DNA of 64,000 bases from Azolla caroliniana (GCA_043228905.1 JBHGNT010000022.1:5332001-5396000), one strand, 5' to 3'; positions 1-14,800 are shown, counted from the stretch's first letter. The notes: a model not told the origin generated them from the letters alone. Numbers and translations are program-made.

Positions 1-3000
1 CATCGAGCGGCATGTTTGGCTCGGTTGATGGAGAGTAAGGTAGGGAGTGAGGGTTTCTATCTCGGGGGTGAGAGTGCACGAGATCTTCTATGCAAGGAGG
101 GAGAGAGATTTTGAGCAGGGGCGAGAGTGCAAGAGAGCTTATATGCAGGTGGTGAGAGAGCTTGAGGGCCATGAGCTTTTGTGCCTATGTGAACTCTTGG
201 CCTGTGGTGCCCTGCTTTTTGTATATGCTTTGTGGCCTTGTGTCCTAGATTAAGAATCTTGCCTGCCATAATTAGGTTTTAAGGCCACACGTCGGAAACA
301 GTTTGTACTTGCTTTTCTTGCATGGTGTGCATGCTCCTTAAATACTTAACTTAGTGGGCCTTTTTTCTTTTCTTTTCATATACACTTAATGTAAATAATC
401 TAGTAGGTGGGGTTAGTTACCATGACCAGGGCGATATGCCCTCGTGAGCCTCCATTTTACCTAGCTCGGCCTGATCGTGGTCGTGTCGTTTGTCGGTGAA
501 TGCGTTAGGTGGGGTATGGCTAAGATATGGCTTTAATTGGAATCCATTAACCCATTTCATCATGATTTCGCCAGTCAGAATGGATTCGAGTAAACTAGCC
601 GGTACCATTTCGGAGGCATCATTTGCATTAGAGCACTCCTGATAGCGGTGTCGGAGGCGTCGACAAAAACATGAAAGGGTTGCTACCAATCAGGGGGTTG
701 TACAATCGGTGCGTGAGATAGCATAATCTTGAGAGCCTTATATGCGTCATCTTTTGTTTCTATCCATTAGAAATGTGTTTGATGGATCGCCACATGTAAA
801 GGCGTCACGAAATCGGCTAAGTATCGAAGCATTCGGTTATGCCATCGGATTTGCCCCAATAATCGGCTTAGAGCCTTTGCGGTAGTCGGAGCCGGAGCGG
901 CTAAGATAACATTCACTTTGTCAGGGTCCATTGCGATCCCCTCTCGACTCACTATATTCCCCAGTAGGGTGCTGCTATCTGATACGTTAAACCCACATTT
1001 CGCCGGATTCAAGCTTAGTTGAGCCTACCGACAACATTCCAAATAGAGGCGTAGCTGGTCGAGATGTTTGATGTGGTGGTTGTAAACAACAAATTCATCG
1101 AGAAAGAGTTGCATGAAGGCCGGAATATATTCACCGAAAATCTCGGTGATGATACGTTGGAATGTGGCAGGCACCGTATTGAACCCGAACATCATTACTA
1201 CAGCCACGAAAACACCCCACTCGATTACAAATGTTGTCTCCTCTTGGTGCTCGGGTTGCATTTGGATCTGATTACCCATTGAACCCATCGAGAAAGCTGT
1301 AACGCTCGTGGCCAACCACTGCATCCAAAACATCGTCCGTAAAGGGAAGGGGGAAATGCAGTGGTAATTGTTTCTATGTTCAACTTCCGATAATCGATGC
1401 ACACCCGAATTTTGTTGTTTTTCTTTGGGACGACAACGATAAGGCTCAGCCATGTGGCACGTACGGGCGTGGCGTAACTCATTTACCGATTTCGGGTCAG
1501 ATTCCTGACCGATATCCTGATCCCCCTCCATTGGTACGGAGAAATACGGGTTGACGGCTTCCATGATGTCGATCTCAAAGAGCGGTACAATCTTCGGGTG
1601 GTCCTCCAAGAAGCCTTTGACTTCGTCATCTACTAACCCATCCAGCATATGACCACCTTTAGCGTACAGAGGTGTGATATCCTTCGATGTGTGGAGTCAC
1701 TCCTCCGTGGCAACGCGCACCTTGGTCTTCCCTCGGTGGAAAGAGATCATGTTATGCTGCCAGTGTTGTTTGATGTTCGCAATGTGTAACAAGAAGTGGC
1801 CAAGCAGCATTGGGTATGCATCGGGAGTGTCCAACCGTAAAACCATAGCCGAGATTGTGAAGGTGTGGCTGCCAAGGACGAAATTGAGTTTCCGAATTAG
1901 GTCGAGAGGTAGGACAGAACGGGCGTCTGCCATACGCAACCAAAATGGGCAAGGTTCCCATTGTATAAGGTCGAGAGATCTACAGGTTGCCTTGCTAATT
2001 ATGTTAACTGTAGAGCCTCCATCAATTATGCACCCACTTATCTCATATTGTTTCATTATTAAATTGACAGCAGGGTTCTATACATCCATTACCGGTGGTC
2101 CTACACTTGATTCGGCCAGGTGGACGATATGTTTGGTTGTTCTTTTCCAGTGGTCAAGGATACCACCATCTCCTTGAACCATGGAAGTAAGTGGAAGAGC
2201 TTACTCCGGGGTAGTTTGGCAGTTGGTAAGTGCTTGCCAGGTCGGATCCTTGTCGAAAAGTTTGGTGGGTGTCGAGGAAGACGACGCGCCGATGGTCATG
2301 TGGTTCGTTTCGATATACATTCGACCAACGTTCGCATTGTTGGCTTTTTCCATCCCTTCTCTGGTAGCCTGCTGAATCTCATCCTGCACCTCCCGATGTG
2401 TCTGTTGTGCCTTGCTCCATGTCGTGACTTGGTGCACCTCAGCAGTGATGAAGTTCACTACGAGGCCCTTTCCGCGATCATTTGCCGGACATTGGGTAGC
2501 GTAATGTCCCGGTTGATTACATTAGAAGCAAGTGACTGAAGCAGATGTGTTGGATTCCCCTTGCTCGAAATGAGCTGGTTGAGCTTGCCGGGAAGGGTCT
2601 TCTCGGGGCGGCGTGTCATATTGTGGTGCCCGGCGGTGATCATCCCGCGGCTCGTTGTGGGGTGAAGGGCTACGATTATCTGCCCTTTGGGTGATCCCGA
2701 TGCCGATTATGGCCTTGATGACAATTATTGGGACCACGATTATTCTATGGATGTCGTCGGTCAAGAGGTATCTAAACTCATAATCGTCGTCACAATCGTA
2801 GTCGTAACGATAGTGGTCCTCTAATGGCCTATAGTGGTTCTTGACCGGTCAAGAATGATCATCTAAAGACCAATAGAGATCATCCTCTGGCTGATAGCGA
2901 TCGTCATAGTGAGGTTGCTCAGTGTCCCGAAATCAAGGTGGCGGTCTAGTGCGATCATCATGTCGGGGACAATCGTTGCGAGGCTCGATCTGTTGGACCG

Positions 3001-4200
3001 AGACGGCGGCAGTGCGGTTGAGCATGTTGTATTCACATTGTTCCACTGTGTGAGTGCGAGAATAATAGATTGAGCATTTTGGTCGGAGGGCACAGTTAAC
3101 CACCAAGTGGCCAAGATTCAAGCATGTGGTGCATTGTATGGCTTGCCAAAATTGGGTTTCTTCGGTTGTCGGAAAGGCTCCTCGGAGAGAGCCCATGGGA
3201 AAGGAGGTACTGTTTTGAGCATTGTCCATGACGAGGACTTGATCGACCACTTGCTCGATCATTTGTTGAGATAGGTCAAGCAGGGCTAAGGTGGTGTGAA
3301 AGGGCTCTCATAAACCTGTGAGGAGTGTGTCTTTCAGATGGTTTGCCAAGATTTCTTGAGCGAGCTGATGGTATAGATCTTGAAAATGGATTGTAAATTG
3401 GGGAACTGTTTCATGCAGCTCTTGTGTGATAAGCGTAGAATTGGCGAAGCAGTTCTCGCTTGGGTATCTCCCCATGGAAAAGGTGGAGGAAACGATTGCG
3501 GACGTCTTGAAATGTGGCAAATTTCCCCAAATCGTGCCAGGAGTACTAGCACATGGCCGGTCCATCGAGGGACAATGTGAACTCCGCGATTTTGGATGAT
3601 TCAATCTCTACAATGGTCAATCACTACGTTGAATGGTTGGCTTGCCATGTAGACAAGAAGGATCTAATGTGCAACTCTGCATCAAGCCCATCGGTGTATC
3701 GCTGTTATGGATACGTGATTGTGTCGAAGTAAGGCTCTTCCGGTAGCACCGGGAAGGGGTTGTCTTTGGTTTGGTTGACTTTAGATGTGCTACTAGGTGA
3801 GACGGGATCGGGACCCATGATTGAGTGGGCGGCTAGTACCGGCGTGATAGCGGTAGCAGTGATGTCTTAGTGAGAGTTGATTCGGAAGTGCCTTCAGCTT
3901 GTTCGGCACGTTGGGACGTTAGCCAAGTGTGTGTGCCTTGGGTGGGCGCCGTTATGGCGGCTAGGGTTTCTCGTACACATTGTTCGCTATGGCCTCATTG
4001 CGTGAACCTGGTGTGCCAAATTGTGTTGCTTCCTCTTGGAGAACACCCTCAATTACTCCTCCTAGGAAATCGGGTCATGGAATCATGGTGCGCAAGAGAC
4101 TAGGGATACGAGTAGGGGTCGAATCGTTACACCCTTTAATGGGACACCTTGAGAATCGACTACTACCTATTCGTAATCACGTTTTACAGACCAGATCACA
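1..4200 (-). mobile_element. Decayed Ty3/gypsy element (Athila/Tat-like, related to 5693-22990), internally deleted
   Basis: Broken minus-strand ORFs in gypsy order: gag (3308-3604), Cys/His region (2933-3262), protease IIDGGS (1697-2056), RT (1025-1648, 767-1012), then directly the integrase C-terminus KWVNGFQLKPY (417-689). All align by eye to the 6882-11549 and 18237-19271 proteins. RNase H and most of integrase are missing; boundaries are approximate. Confidence 0.85.
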
Positions 4201-4230
4201 ATAAGTAATGCTCGATTTAGAATGAGACAG

Positions 4231-4300
4231 ACAAGTATAAGTATTCAATTACATACATTGACCCACAAGTATAAGTATTCAATTACATACATTGACCCAC
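4231..4300. repeat. Short tandem repeat, ~38-bp unit (ACAAGTATAAGTATTCAATTACATACATTGACCC-type), about 2.5 copies
   Basis: Direct repeats visible in sequence; probably inside an LTR remnant. Confidence 0.7.
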
Positions 4301-5692
4301 AAGTATAAGTATTCAATTACTAGCAAATAATACAATGATAGTACAAAAGACCGAGTAGAATCAGTAACGCTCACTCACTCAATACAATTCTAGAGCTGAG
4401 CTTTGTCACTCTAGACTCCTAACTGGTATATTTTTTGTCCTCTTGTGTTCTTCACTTCATGATTATATATAACTTCCTTTCTCACTTCGGCGCGTTCCAA
4501 CTACTTCCTCTTGATAATGAGCTTCTACCCTCAGCTACCACCAGTGCTTGACTCTTTTCACCCTTTCATACTTGTCCTACGTGTCCCTTTTCGCACTTTA
4601 TCCTTTGCAATTCTTTTCACACCTTGTACCTTATTTCCCAAGGATAAGACATAGTTCTTGTGGCACTTCGAGCCTTGTTTCTTTCGACGGTGATAGATTG
4701 ATCAGATATATTGTAGTCTGCAATGGTTCGGCCTAGAACTCCAACATTAGTCTGACTTGCTGGAGCATCGCCGTCACCCTTTCCTGAACCATTCGATTGA
4801 TCCATTCTGCCACTCCATTCTGCATGGGTGTGGATAGAATGGTGTTATGGTGTCTAATCCCTTTGTCGGACAGGTACTTCTTGAAGGCTCGGGAGGCGTA
4901 CTCACCTCCCTTGTCAGATCAGAGTGTCTTCACTCTGTATCCTGATCGGTTCTCCACTTCGACTAACCATCGAGCGAAGATCTCAAGCGCTTCGTCTTTG
5001 GACCTAATCGAATAGGCCCAAACCTTCCATGTACCATCATCGACAAAAGTGATGAAGTATCGGGAGCCACCTAGTGATCTTTCAGGAATCGGCTCACATA
5101 TGTTTGTATGGATTAGTTCTAGGGGCTTTCGTATCATCTCATAATGGAAATAGTGCAGACTCCAGTCTATTTCCTGTAGCTACAATGCTCGCGGAAGTCT
5201 ATCTTCGCTAGGAGTTTCGGAATGTGGCTGATCCCCATTAGCCAGTCCAATCTGGCTTGCAACATATGATTGAGTTGGCCATGCCATAAGTTCGGGTCAG
5301 TCGATTAGGCGATGTTCACGGCCCCTTCTAGATTGATCTCCATAATTGGATACAAATTGGGGAGCTTGTGTCCACTTTCGATCTTCAGTTTTCCTTGGCT
5401 GATCATCCATGTCGACTCATTTAGAGTCGTTCGGTACCTGTCTTCAGCTAACATGCCGATGGAGACCAGAATCCTGTTAAGTGCGGCTACGTACCGAACT
5501 TGGTGCAGGACAATTGTATTGCCATTTGATAGTCGAATTGGTACATTGACTACTCTGGCAATTTTGCATTCTTGCATGTTGCCTAGTCGACTGTGCCGCT
5601 GGCACCGACCGAATAGTTTGAAAACCATTCGATGCTAAGGGTCATGTGAAATGTGGCACCGGTGTCCAGTAACCACGTGTGCAGGTCTTGCA

Positions 5693-6112
5693 TGTTACCG
5701 GCCGGCAAGAAGTCCAAAATACGGAGTGAAGGAATTAATTAAGTATGGTTGTAAATAAGCATAGTATGGACGGACGGACTGGAAACGGTATGCCGTTCCA
5801 GATCCGGACGGATCCCGAATAGGTGCGATAGGCACCGTTTTGTACTACGGACCGGAAACCTATTTAAAGGCCCGGAGCCCATTGTAATCGGAGCGGATAA
5901 TTAATAGAGCGTATGGTGTTTATACTTCTGTGTTGATTTCCGTTCTGTAATTACTGTTATATCTTACGCGTGTAATTAACAAAAAGCGCTCTAATCGTGT
6001 AACCTACGTAAGTCGGTGTAATCGTTGAGTCATAATCCTATGCCGTAATCACCCTTTGGTGAAGTATCTCCGCGACACCTTGTGTTAGGCCTTGTCCAGT
6101 CAGAGAACAACA
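5693..6112 (+). repeat. 5' LTR (420 bp, TGTT...AACA)
   Basis: Near-identical to 22388-22806; TATA-like TATTTAAA at 5861-5868. Confidence 0.95.
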
Positions 6113-6118
6113 CAGTTT

Positions 6119-6128
6119 TGGCGATCAC
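6119..6128 (+). promoter_or_regulatory. Primer binding site TGGCGATCAC (probably tRNA-Arg type)
   Basis: Follows the 5' LTR after a 6-nt spacer; the relative at 60183 has TGGCGACCAC. tRNA identity is from recall of plant tRNA-Arg(UCG) 3' ends. Confidence 0.65.
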
Positions 6129-6165
6129 GATTCCTGCTTTCTCGCAGCAAACGACGACTTAATGG

Positions 6166-9100
6166 ATGACGAGACCAACGCACGACCTGGTTACAAACCG
6201 AGCTCGACGCCTCGCCGAACGGCAAAGACGGCGTGAGACTTTCCAGCAAGCAGCGCACGAAATTCGCTCGGATCGTTCGTTCTCCAACGAGATCCGGAGA
6301 GTCGCGGAGGAATCTCTTCGGTTACAGCAAACTCGCGACCAGGACGACGGAAGCGGTCTAAGTAGTCTCCGGGAAACCGAACGCCTCCTCGAGGCGCTGG
6401 CAAGCGGAGAAAACGAGGCAGAAGCCTTTTCAGCCTACGAATCGGATTCCGAAGGGGGATACAGCGTGCACACGAACTACCAGAGCAGCAACGATACCCC
6501 CGGCGGCCCGGAGGACGACGGGTCGGATACCGTGCCGACTCCAGAACCGGAACCGTTCGACCAGGGCTATCCGGAACCGCAAACGGAAGCCGTCAACCCA
6601 CCAACACCGGAAGTGGAAGAAGCAAAGCCACCGACACCAACGAAAGAGCCGGCGAAGGTACCGGAAGAAGAGCCGGTGAAGGAACCGGAAAAAGAACCGG
6701 AAGAGGAACCGGAAAAAGCACCGGCAAAAGAACCGGAAGTGGAACCGGAGAGAAAACCGGAAAGATATCAACAAACGCCACTAAACCGCGGCATAATACT
6801 GGACGACGACATGCCGTTCCAATACTCAAAGTATCGCGATGATCCGGACGCGGAAGCGCATGTTGATGCCTTCGAGCAGACATGGGAAGCAAATCACGCG
6901 TCTCAGCGACTAACACCGGAGGAAGAAGAACGCTCGAAGATAGCGGAATTCGGGGTCACGTTGGAAGGACCAGCGGCACGATGGCGGCGGACGCAGGACC
7001 CGGCGACCATCACAACCTTTGCAGAATTAAAAGCAAAATTCTTGCATTTTTTCCACAAGGAGGTCGACCAGACGACAATGGTGGGCCTGTTTTATACATC
7101 CGACAGGAGGCAGGGGAAAGCATTCCCCAATTCGTCATCCGTTTCCAACGAATGCATAGCCAGCTTGCCCGTGCACCCCCGGAGGAGGAATTACGGACGA
7201 TATTTTTAAACGCACTCCGGGAACCGTTACGCACGGTGTGTACGGTGATCGACTTTCGAGGAAGCACCATTGACCAGGTCATTGACCGGGTCAGAGAAAT
7301 GGAAAAGTCAAGCTCATGGCTTACACTGGGAGCACTGCAACGGGCGTTACCCACCGATGAAGATCCCGGACACTCGGCAGTGGAGTGCACCATGCGAACC
7401 CAGTGTGTGATTTGTCAATCCAAGAGTCATACAACGGACCGGTGCGAGTATAACCTGTTAAACCGACAAGCACCACCCGTCCGACGGATCGAGCCAAGAA
7501 GCAGCCGAGACGAAGATGAAGATCGTTGGCAAAGAATGAACCGGTACCGACCGGCACAGGATGTCCGGTACGGAGACATACAAGAGAATGATGGCTGGTA
7601 CGGGGATCGGCATGATAACTACGACCGGTATGAGCGATCGGACCGTTATCGGGAGTCCAACAGACGACACGAGCAATACGACAGAGACCATTCCCCTGGT
7701 TACCGAAGGCACCAGGAGGACTACGGCCGATTTTACGATCCACCACGACAGGACTACCGAAATAAAAATAAGAATAATAAGAAACGTAATTTCAAGAAAG
7801 GCGGTCACCCTAGGGACCCGGAACATGGAACCCCAAGGAGCCAACCGGCACAGAACGCACCACTCACTACGGGACCGACTCCGGCTACCAGCAATGCTGA
7901 ATCCAGCAATACCCGTAAAGAGTACTGCTACTACTGCAGGCAGGAAGGCCACTACAGTAACCAGTGCCCGGCAAAGAGCTACGATAAACGACCAGCAGTT
8001 AATATGGTGGTTCCGGAAGTGGCGGATGTACAACAAGTAACCACACGGTCGAAAGGCATGGCCAAAGAGTGGGAAACACAAGAGGCCATACGAAAACAGG
8101 CGACGGAATGGGTGAAGGAAGCCAATGAAAGGAACGTCGCGGACGCAGAACGGCAAAAGGCGAATACCATAGGGAGTGCCGGCGGTAGCCACGCAGAAAA
8201 CGAGACATGGCAAGCACTGCAAGAATGTCAGATCACGTTGCCATTAGGAAGACTCTTGCAGCTCGTGCCACGATTTACGGAAGGACTAAAAACGGTCATG
8301 ACAGACGGTATAGCCCCACCGGCACCAGTCCTCTTCTCGAATCCGGAGGAGGGACCGACGGTGGTGGACACTAGTAGTCCGGTGATTACAACTATTGTCA
8401 AAGGGCACGAACTTCACGGCACAGTAATCGATGGAGGTTCCGGGGTGAACGTAATAAGCCTCCGCACGTGTGATGCCTTGGGTATACATGAATGGGAGCC
8501 ATGTCCGTTCTGGCTACGGATGGTGGATACGAGCTCTGTATGGCCGAAGGGCTTAATACGGAAATTGGAGGTCACCATAGGAGGTCACACATTTCACATC
8601 TCGGCTGTAGTGCTGCAGCTACAGGTGCAAGGCGCGTACCCACTGTTGCTGGGCAGACCATGGTTGAAAACAGCACACATCAAGCAAAATTGGCGGAAAA
8701 ATATGATTACCTTCCGGCGCGGAAAAGCCAAGGTCCGGGTACCGACACAACCATGGACGAGCAACGGTAAGGAATGCACACCGCTGTATGCGGAATGTGT
8801 GAACATGCTTGAAGGGTTGGCAGACGATGAAGAAGCCCAGTACTTGGAGGAACACCCGAAGATCGTACCACTCTTCGAGATTGACGTAGCTGAAGCCGTA
8901 GCGCCATACTTGCCGCAGCGGGACGAAACCGAAGCCGAACCAGACAAAGATTCGATTCGGGAATTACGGCAAGCACAGGAAGCGTTGGAACGGGAAATGG
9001 CCGTTTCCCAACGGGTAAAAACATCCCAGCTCGACGAAGTGAACCTAGGAAGCAAGGACGAATCAAAGCTGGTACACATCGCCAAAGAAATGAAGCCGGA

Positions 9101-11004
9101 AGATAAAGCGGCGATGATCAAACTTCTCACGGAGTTTCACGACGTATTCGCCTGGTCATACGAAGACATGCGAGGGCTGGACCCTCAATTATATCAGCAT
9201 CAGATCCACTTAGGCAAGGACGCGAAACCAGTGGCGCAAAGACGTTACCGAATGAACCCCAACTATGCCGCCAAAGTGAAGGAGGAAATCGACAAACTCC
9301 TAAGAGTGGGCTTCATCCGGCCGGTAAAGAAAGCGACGTGGCTGAGCCCCATCGTCGTCGTCCCAAAGAAGAACGGTAAAATCCGCGTGTGTGTAGATTA
9401 CAGGAAACTAAATGCAGCCACAGTTACGGATGCATTCCCTCTTCCGTTCACGGATGGAGTACTGGATGCCGTCGCCGGCCATGAAGTTTATAGCTTTTTA
9501 GACGGGTTCAGCGGATACAATCAAATCCGGATGCACCCTGACGACCAGGAGAAGACAACGTTCGTCACCGAATGGGGGGTGTTTGTGGCCGTAGTAATGA
9601 TGTTCGGACTAAAAACGGCACCAACAACTTTCCAGCGAATCATCATGGAGATCTTCGGCGAATACATTCCAGCCTTCATGCAGGTTTTCCTGGATGACTT
9701 TGCAGTCTATAGCCGGGAAAAAGACCATTTGCAGCACCTACGGTTATGCCTTGAAAAGTGTAGGTTATACCGGCTAAGCTTAAACCCAGCAAAATGCATC
9801 TTTGGGGTTTCAAGTGGAATATTACTGGGACACATTGTAAGTAAGGAGGGCATTGCGGTCGACCCGGACAAAGTAAACGCGATCCTAGGGGCACCGGCGC
9901 CGAAAACGGCCAAAGCACTAAGCCGATTCTTAGGACAGATCCGGTGGCACAGCCGGATGCTCCGTCACTTGGCTGACTTGGCTACACCATTACACACCGC
10001 GGTACATAGGACACCGTTCCAATGGACGGATACGGAGGATAAGGCATACAATGCCCTGAAGGTACTTTTGTCGCAAGCACCCGTCGTGCAGCCTCCGGAT
10101 TGGAGCAAGGAATTTCATGTGTTCGTTGACGCTTCCGACATCGCTATCGGCAGCGCCTTAATGCAACTTACGGAGCCTAAATGGTACCGGCCGGTATATT
10201 ACGCCAGCCGGAAGCTGTCCCAAGCGGAGAAGAACTATTCGACGACGGAACGGGAGGCCCTGGGCATGATCTACAGTGTAACAAAGTTTCGTCATTACCT
10301 ATTGGGAAGGAAGTTCTCCTTTCATGTGGATCACTCGGCACTCTTGTACTTAGTGTCCAAGGCGTCCCTGACCGGTAAGTTGGCCCGTTGGACCTTGCTG
10401 TTGCAGGAGTTCGAATTCGAGATCTTCCACCGGCCCGGTATCCAGCATGCCGTAACAGACTACCTGAGCCGGTTAGAGTCCGGAGAATCAGGCGACGGAG
10501 TATCGGATGAATTCCCGGACGCAGAGTTATTCCGTATCACCCCAGAAACGGCAGCGGACGACACGGTGGCATCAGAAGATAGGTGGCTGACAAACATGCA
10601 CCAGTTCCTAAGCACGGGCCTGCCACCGGAGGAAATGAACCGGGACGAGAGGAAACGACTGGCGGTGCAGAGCCGCAATTTCTGTCTGTTACGGGGCACT
10701 CTCTACCACAAGGGAGCAGATGGAATATGGAGACGGGCAGTCCATAGTGACGAGAAACAAGTAATCTTACGGGAAGCACACTGTGGGGTTGCTGGAGGAC
10801 ACTATGCCGGGGAAGCGACGGCAAGGAAAGTATGGCAGAGCGGCTTATGGTGGCCCACGACGTTAAAAGACGCCGTCAAGTATGCTAAGGAATGTGACCT
10901 ATGCCAACGAATGGGCCAGCCTACGGAGCAAGCACGGATGCCACACCAACCGGTACTTCCACTAGAGCCATTCCAGAAGTGGGGGTTGGATTTTGTCGGA
11001 CCGT
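6166..11004 (+). CDS. gag-pol: Gag-Pol polyprotein, 5' part (gag, CCHC knuckle, protease, RT, RNase H, integrase N-terminus); 1-nt frameshift near 7097
   Basis: ORFs 6166-7209 and 6882-11549; CYYCRQEGHYSNQC, VIDGGSG, CVDYRKLN, FLDD, VDAS...NYSTTEREAL, HCGVAGGH...CDLCQ. Interrupted at WGLDFVGP by the nested element. Confidence 0.92.
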
Positions 11005-11785
11005 TTTCAAGATATTATGCAAGTGCGTGTGGAAACGAGGCGGGACCGCGGGGGTCTCGAACCAAAGAGCAAGCGAGGGAGGAGAAAGAGAGAGAACCGG
11101 CTACGCAGGACCGGGGATACACAGGGACACGGCCCTTCAGCACGGAGAACGCGAACAGACACCGACACAGACAGATGCGAATGACTAAATATGTATATCA
11201 ACAAAAATGGCCAACACGACTACAACCCTCGATGGGGCACATGCTGGTTACAACCGGACAGGCCGGCGAACAGATGCCGATGCCTGTTCGCTTCGACGCC
11301 AAAGGGGCGGCAGGTCGGAGGTGCTGCCGGAAGCACTCGGGCGTTCCTCGAAACAGCGCGAGCCTCTTCGGGACCCTGCACAGAAAGCTATGGAGCTCAA
11401 GAAGGAAGGGAACAGAGAGAGAAGCGTCCAGAAATGGTCCGACAGCACTTCGTCCTCTCTGCGCTAGATCCCTGCAACAGCTCTTTCCTGCTCCTTATAT
11501 AGGCCAACGAGCAGGCCGTCATGTCAGCTTTATTCCCTGTCCCTTTTGAACAGGGATCCGCTCCGTTCTTCACGCATCCGCCGCCGACTCGTACAGTTCC
11601 TTAGCACGCGCGCGCGACCGAAAAGACTGTTCGCGCGGTCTTTGTCTCCACTTGTGCTAGGGCCCGTTCCTGCCGATTATCCTCCTAATTCGCTTCTATG
11701 TACAACTTGGAGCGTGCGCGCGTGAAGAACCGGTTCCCACGCCTTGGTGCGCCGATTCCGCTGATGGACGGTTTTCTTCACGACA
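11005..11785 (-). repeat. 3' LTR of nested gypsy
   Basis: Direct repeat of 17498-18278; adjacent minus-strand PPT GGTGGGGGCGGA. Confidence 0.93.
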
Positions 11786-11855
11786 TCCGCCCCCACCTAA
11801 CTGCGCATCCTCCGGTATGCGCCAAGAGAGTTGGGACGGAGAAAACGGCCCGTCT

Positions 11856-14800
11856 TCATTCCTCGCCCGTCGGTTCTTCCTCGTTTTCGGATCGTTCGTC
11901 ACTGCTGACTAGGAGAGCCGGGTCTGGCTCGTCGTCGTGTCGCTTCTTGAATGCTTTGATCCGCTTCCCTGCAACCGGTATCGCCATTCTCGTGCCGTCG
12001 AGTTCCGCCAGGTGATATGTCCCGTTGTCATTGGCGCTCCGTACCACGTAAGGGCCGAACCACCTTCGTGCGAACTTCCGTGTAGCTCGGTGCTGGTTGT
12101 CGAGGCTGTTGTCGTAGACGAGCACCCAGTCACCTTCTTCGATTTTCTTCGGTCGGAGCCGGTGCGTTCGGTCGAACCTGGCTTTGTTCTTTGTCCTCGC
12201 CACCCGGAGCTTCTCCACAGCCAGTTCCACGTCCTCCGGTCTCCGCTCGAGCTGTCGTATACGCGCGGCCAACAACTCCTCCCGGCTCATCTCGTCCCTC
12301 CAGTCGACCGTTGCCCACGAGGAGATCGTCCGTTCCATCGGCATGATTGGCTTCTGGCCGAACATGAGCTCCGTCGGCATGTACCCGGTTACCGAACTGT
12401 GCGTGGTCCGGTCTGCCCACAAAGCATAAGGTAGCAGCCGCGGCTAGTTACCGACTCGGCCTCCGCATGCCCGAACCAACGCCTTGACGATCGGCCCGTG
12501 TCCGCGCTCCACCTTTCCATTCGCCTCCGGATTGTACGCAGAGGTGAGCGAGAGCTTGACTCCCAGCCGGTCGAACAGCTCCGCGGCTTCTTCGGCGTCC
12601 AACTCCCCTCGGTCAGCCACGATCTTCCCGATGCACCCGTACCGGCATATCACGTCCTCGATTAGGAACCGACATACGGCCGCGGTCGTTTTGTTCGGAA
12701 GGGCCCGGCCTTCCACCTGGTTCGTCAGATCCTCCCGCGCTAGGACCAGGTACCGCATCTGTCCTACCCCCATTGGCATCGTCACCAGATCTACCATCCA
12801 TTTGAAGTGGATGGTCGGAGGGTACGTAGGGTGAAGCTCGTCCCGGTGTCGGACCACGGAGTGCATCTGACAGCTCTCGCAAGTTGTCACGAATCGATGC
12901 ACGTCCCGGTACAGTCCCGGCCACCAGTACTTCTCCTTTATCTTCTCGAACGTGGCCCAAGTTCCACGGTGTCCGGCCCAAGGGCTGTCGTGGTAGGCCG
13001 TCAGCAGCTCCTCCTGTTCTTCCTTCATCGCCACCACCCGGAGCGGAGCGCCGTCCCTCTTCTTCGGGTGCTTCCATAGATAGCCATCCCGGAGAAAGAA
13101 CCGGTACGCTTTCTTCCGGATCCGGCTGGCCTCGTCTTTCGTCCATGACGCATCCGGCGCCATTGTCCTCAAGAACCCGCCGATCTGCAGCCACTCCCCG
13201 TCGTACTTGCTCGCGTCGAAGTCGTTAAGCGCCGGAGTGCTCGTCCCGTCGGTTGTTACGTATGCTGCCTCGAAGAAGTCCACGCCGACCTCTTCGTCCT
13301 CCGAAACCATGCCGCCCTCGTCATCAAACCTCGCCCTCGAAAGCATGTCGGCCATGGCGTTGTCTTTCCCGGAAATGTGTCGTATTTCCGGGTCCAGGGA
13401 CTTGATGTACGCTATCCACCTGAGCATTGCCAGGTCCGGCGTCGCGCATCCGGAAACCATGCCGAGAATCGGCATGCAATCCGTCTCTATGATTACCTCT
13501 GTCCCGATCAGATAGTCCTTGTCGGCCTTCACCGCCGAAACGATACCCCAGAGTTCGCGTTTAACTTGGGCGTATCCTCGCTGCCGCTCACTGAGGACCT
13601 TCGCGCCGAATCGGATCGGAAACCGATTGCCGTCCTCGTCTTCTTGGTTGACGACCCACCCGATTCCGGTCGGACTCGTGTCAACCGTTATGTACACTGG
13701 GGTGCCCTTCCTGTAGACGGCCTTTCGGAGCGCCGGTGCTGCCGAAAGAGCCTCCTTCAGCTTCCGGACCGACTCCGTGTGCTTGTCTAGCCATTCGAAT
13801 CTTCGCCCTTTCTTCGATAATCCGTACAGCGGCTCCGCGATGTGCGCGTAATGCGGGATCCATATGTGGTAGAAGGCGCATGCTCCCAAGAATCTTCGTA
13901 CTTCCGTGACCGAGCTGCAATCGGGCTTCATCGCGGAGATGGCTTCTACCTTTGCCGGAGACGGTTTCCGGCCATATGGTCCACATAAATGTCCGACCAC
14001 CATGATTTCCGACTGCCCGAAGGCTGACTTCTCCCCCGAGAAGGTGAGCCTCGCATCCTCTAGCCTTTGCAGCACCTTCTCGCAGTCGTCGATGTGCGTC
14101 ATCACGAATCGCCGGCATCCGTCCGGCCCGATCGTCTCGTCCTTCTCTTCTACCGGGCATCCCTTGATCGGGATGTCGTCTAGAAACGGCATGGTGATGT
14201 CCGGGATGCAGTCCCTCAGCACCTTGTTCATTGCATTCACCATGTGGGCCACCGAGTTGGTCCCTCCTTGCGGCAGCGTACACATCCGCACTAGGCCGAG
14301 GGGAGTTCGCATCATCGTAATGTCTCTGCTCTCCACGGCTAGCTGGAACTGGTCGTACCCTGAGTATAGATCACCGACCGAGTAAATCGACCTTCCGGCG
14401 AATGCCTCCGCGAACTCGTCTATGGTCGGTCCGATTCCTGCGTTCCGAATGGTCACTCTGTTGACCAGCTGCAGGTCCTGAATGAAGCGCAACGATCCGT
14501 TTTTCTTTGGTACGGTAAACCATCGGTTTGAATATGGGGCGCTCGACGGCTCGAGAATGCCCATATCAACTTTCTGCTTCAACAGCTCCATCAACTTCGG
14601 GATGTGAGCTCTGGGAACCGGAATTGGCTTGAGATTCCACGGTACATGCGGTACCGTGAATATCACCATTGGCTCTACGATCGTCGGGTCTACGCACCCG
14701 ATTTCCTCCGGTGAGAATGCGAAGGCTTTCCCGTGCCTTCCGAGCATTCTCCGAAACCGGTCTTCCTCCACCGGCAGTAGGAACCCGCCCCCACCGATCT

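Noticed and set aside
11005-11549. Novel C-terminal domain on the 1555-aa polyprotein
   Set aside because: It is read-through into the antisense strand of the nested element's LTR; the same peptide recurs at 17215-18042 only because the LTR is duplicated.
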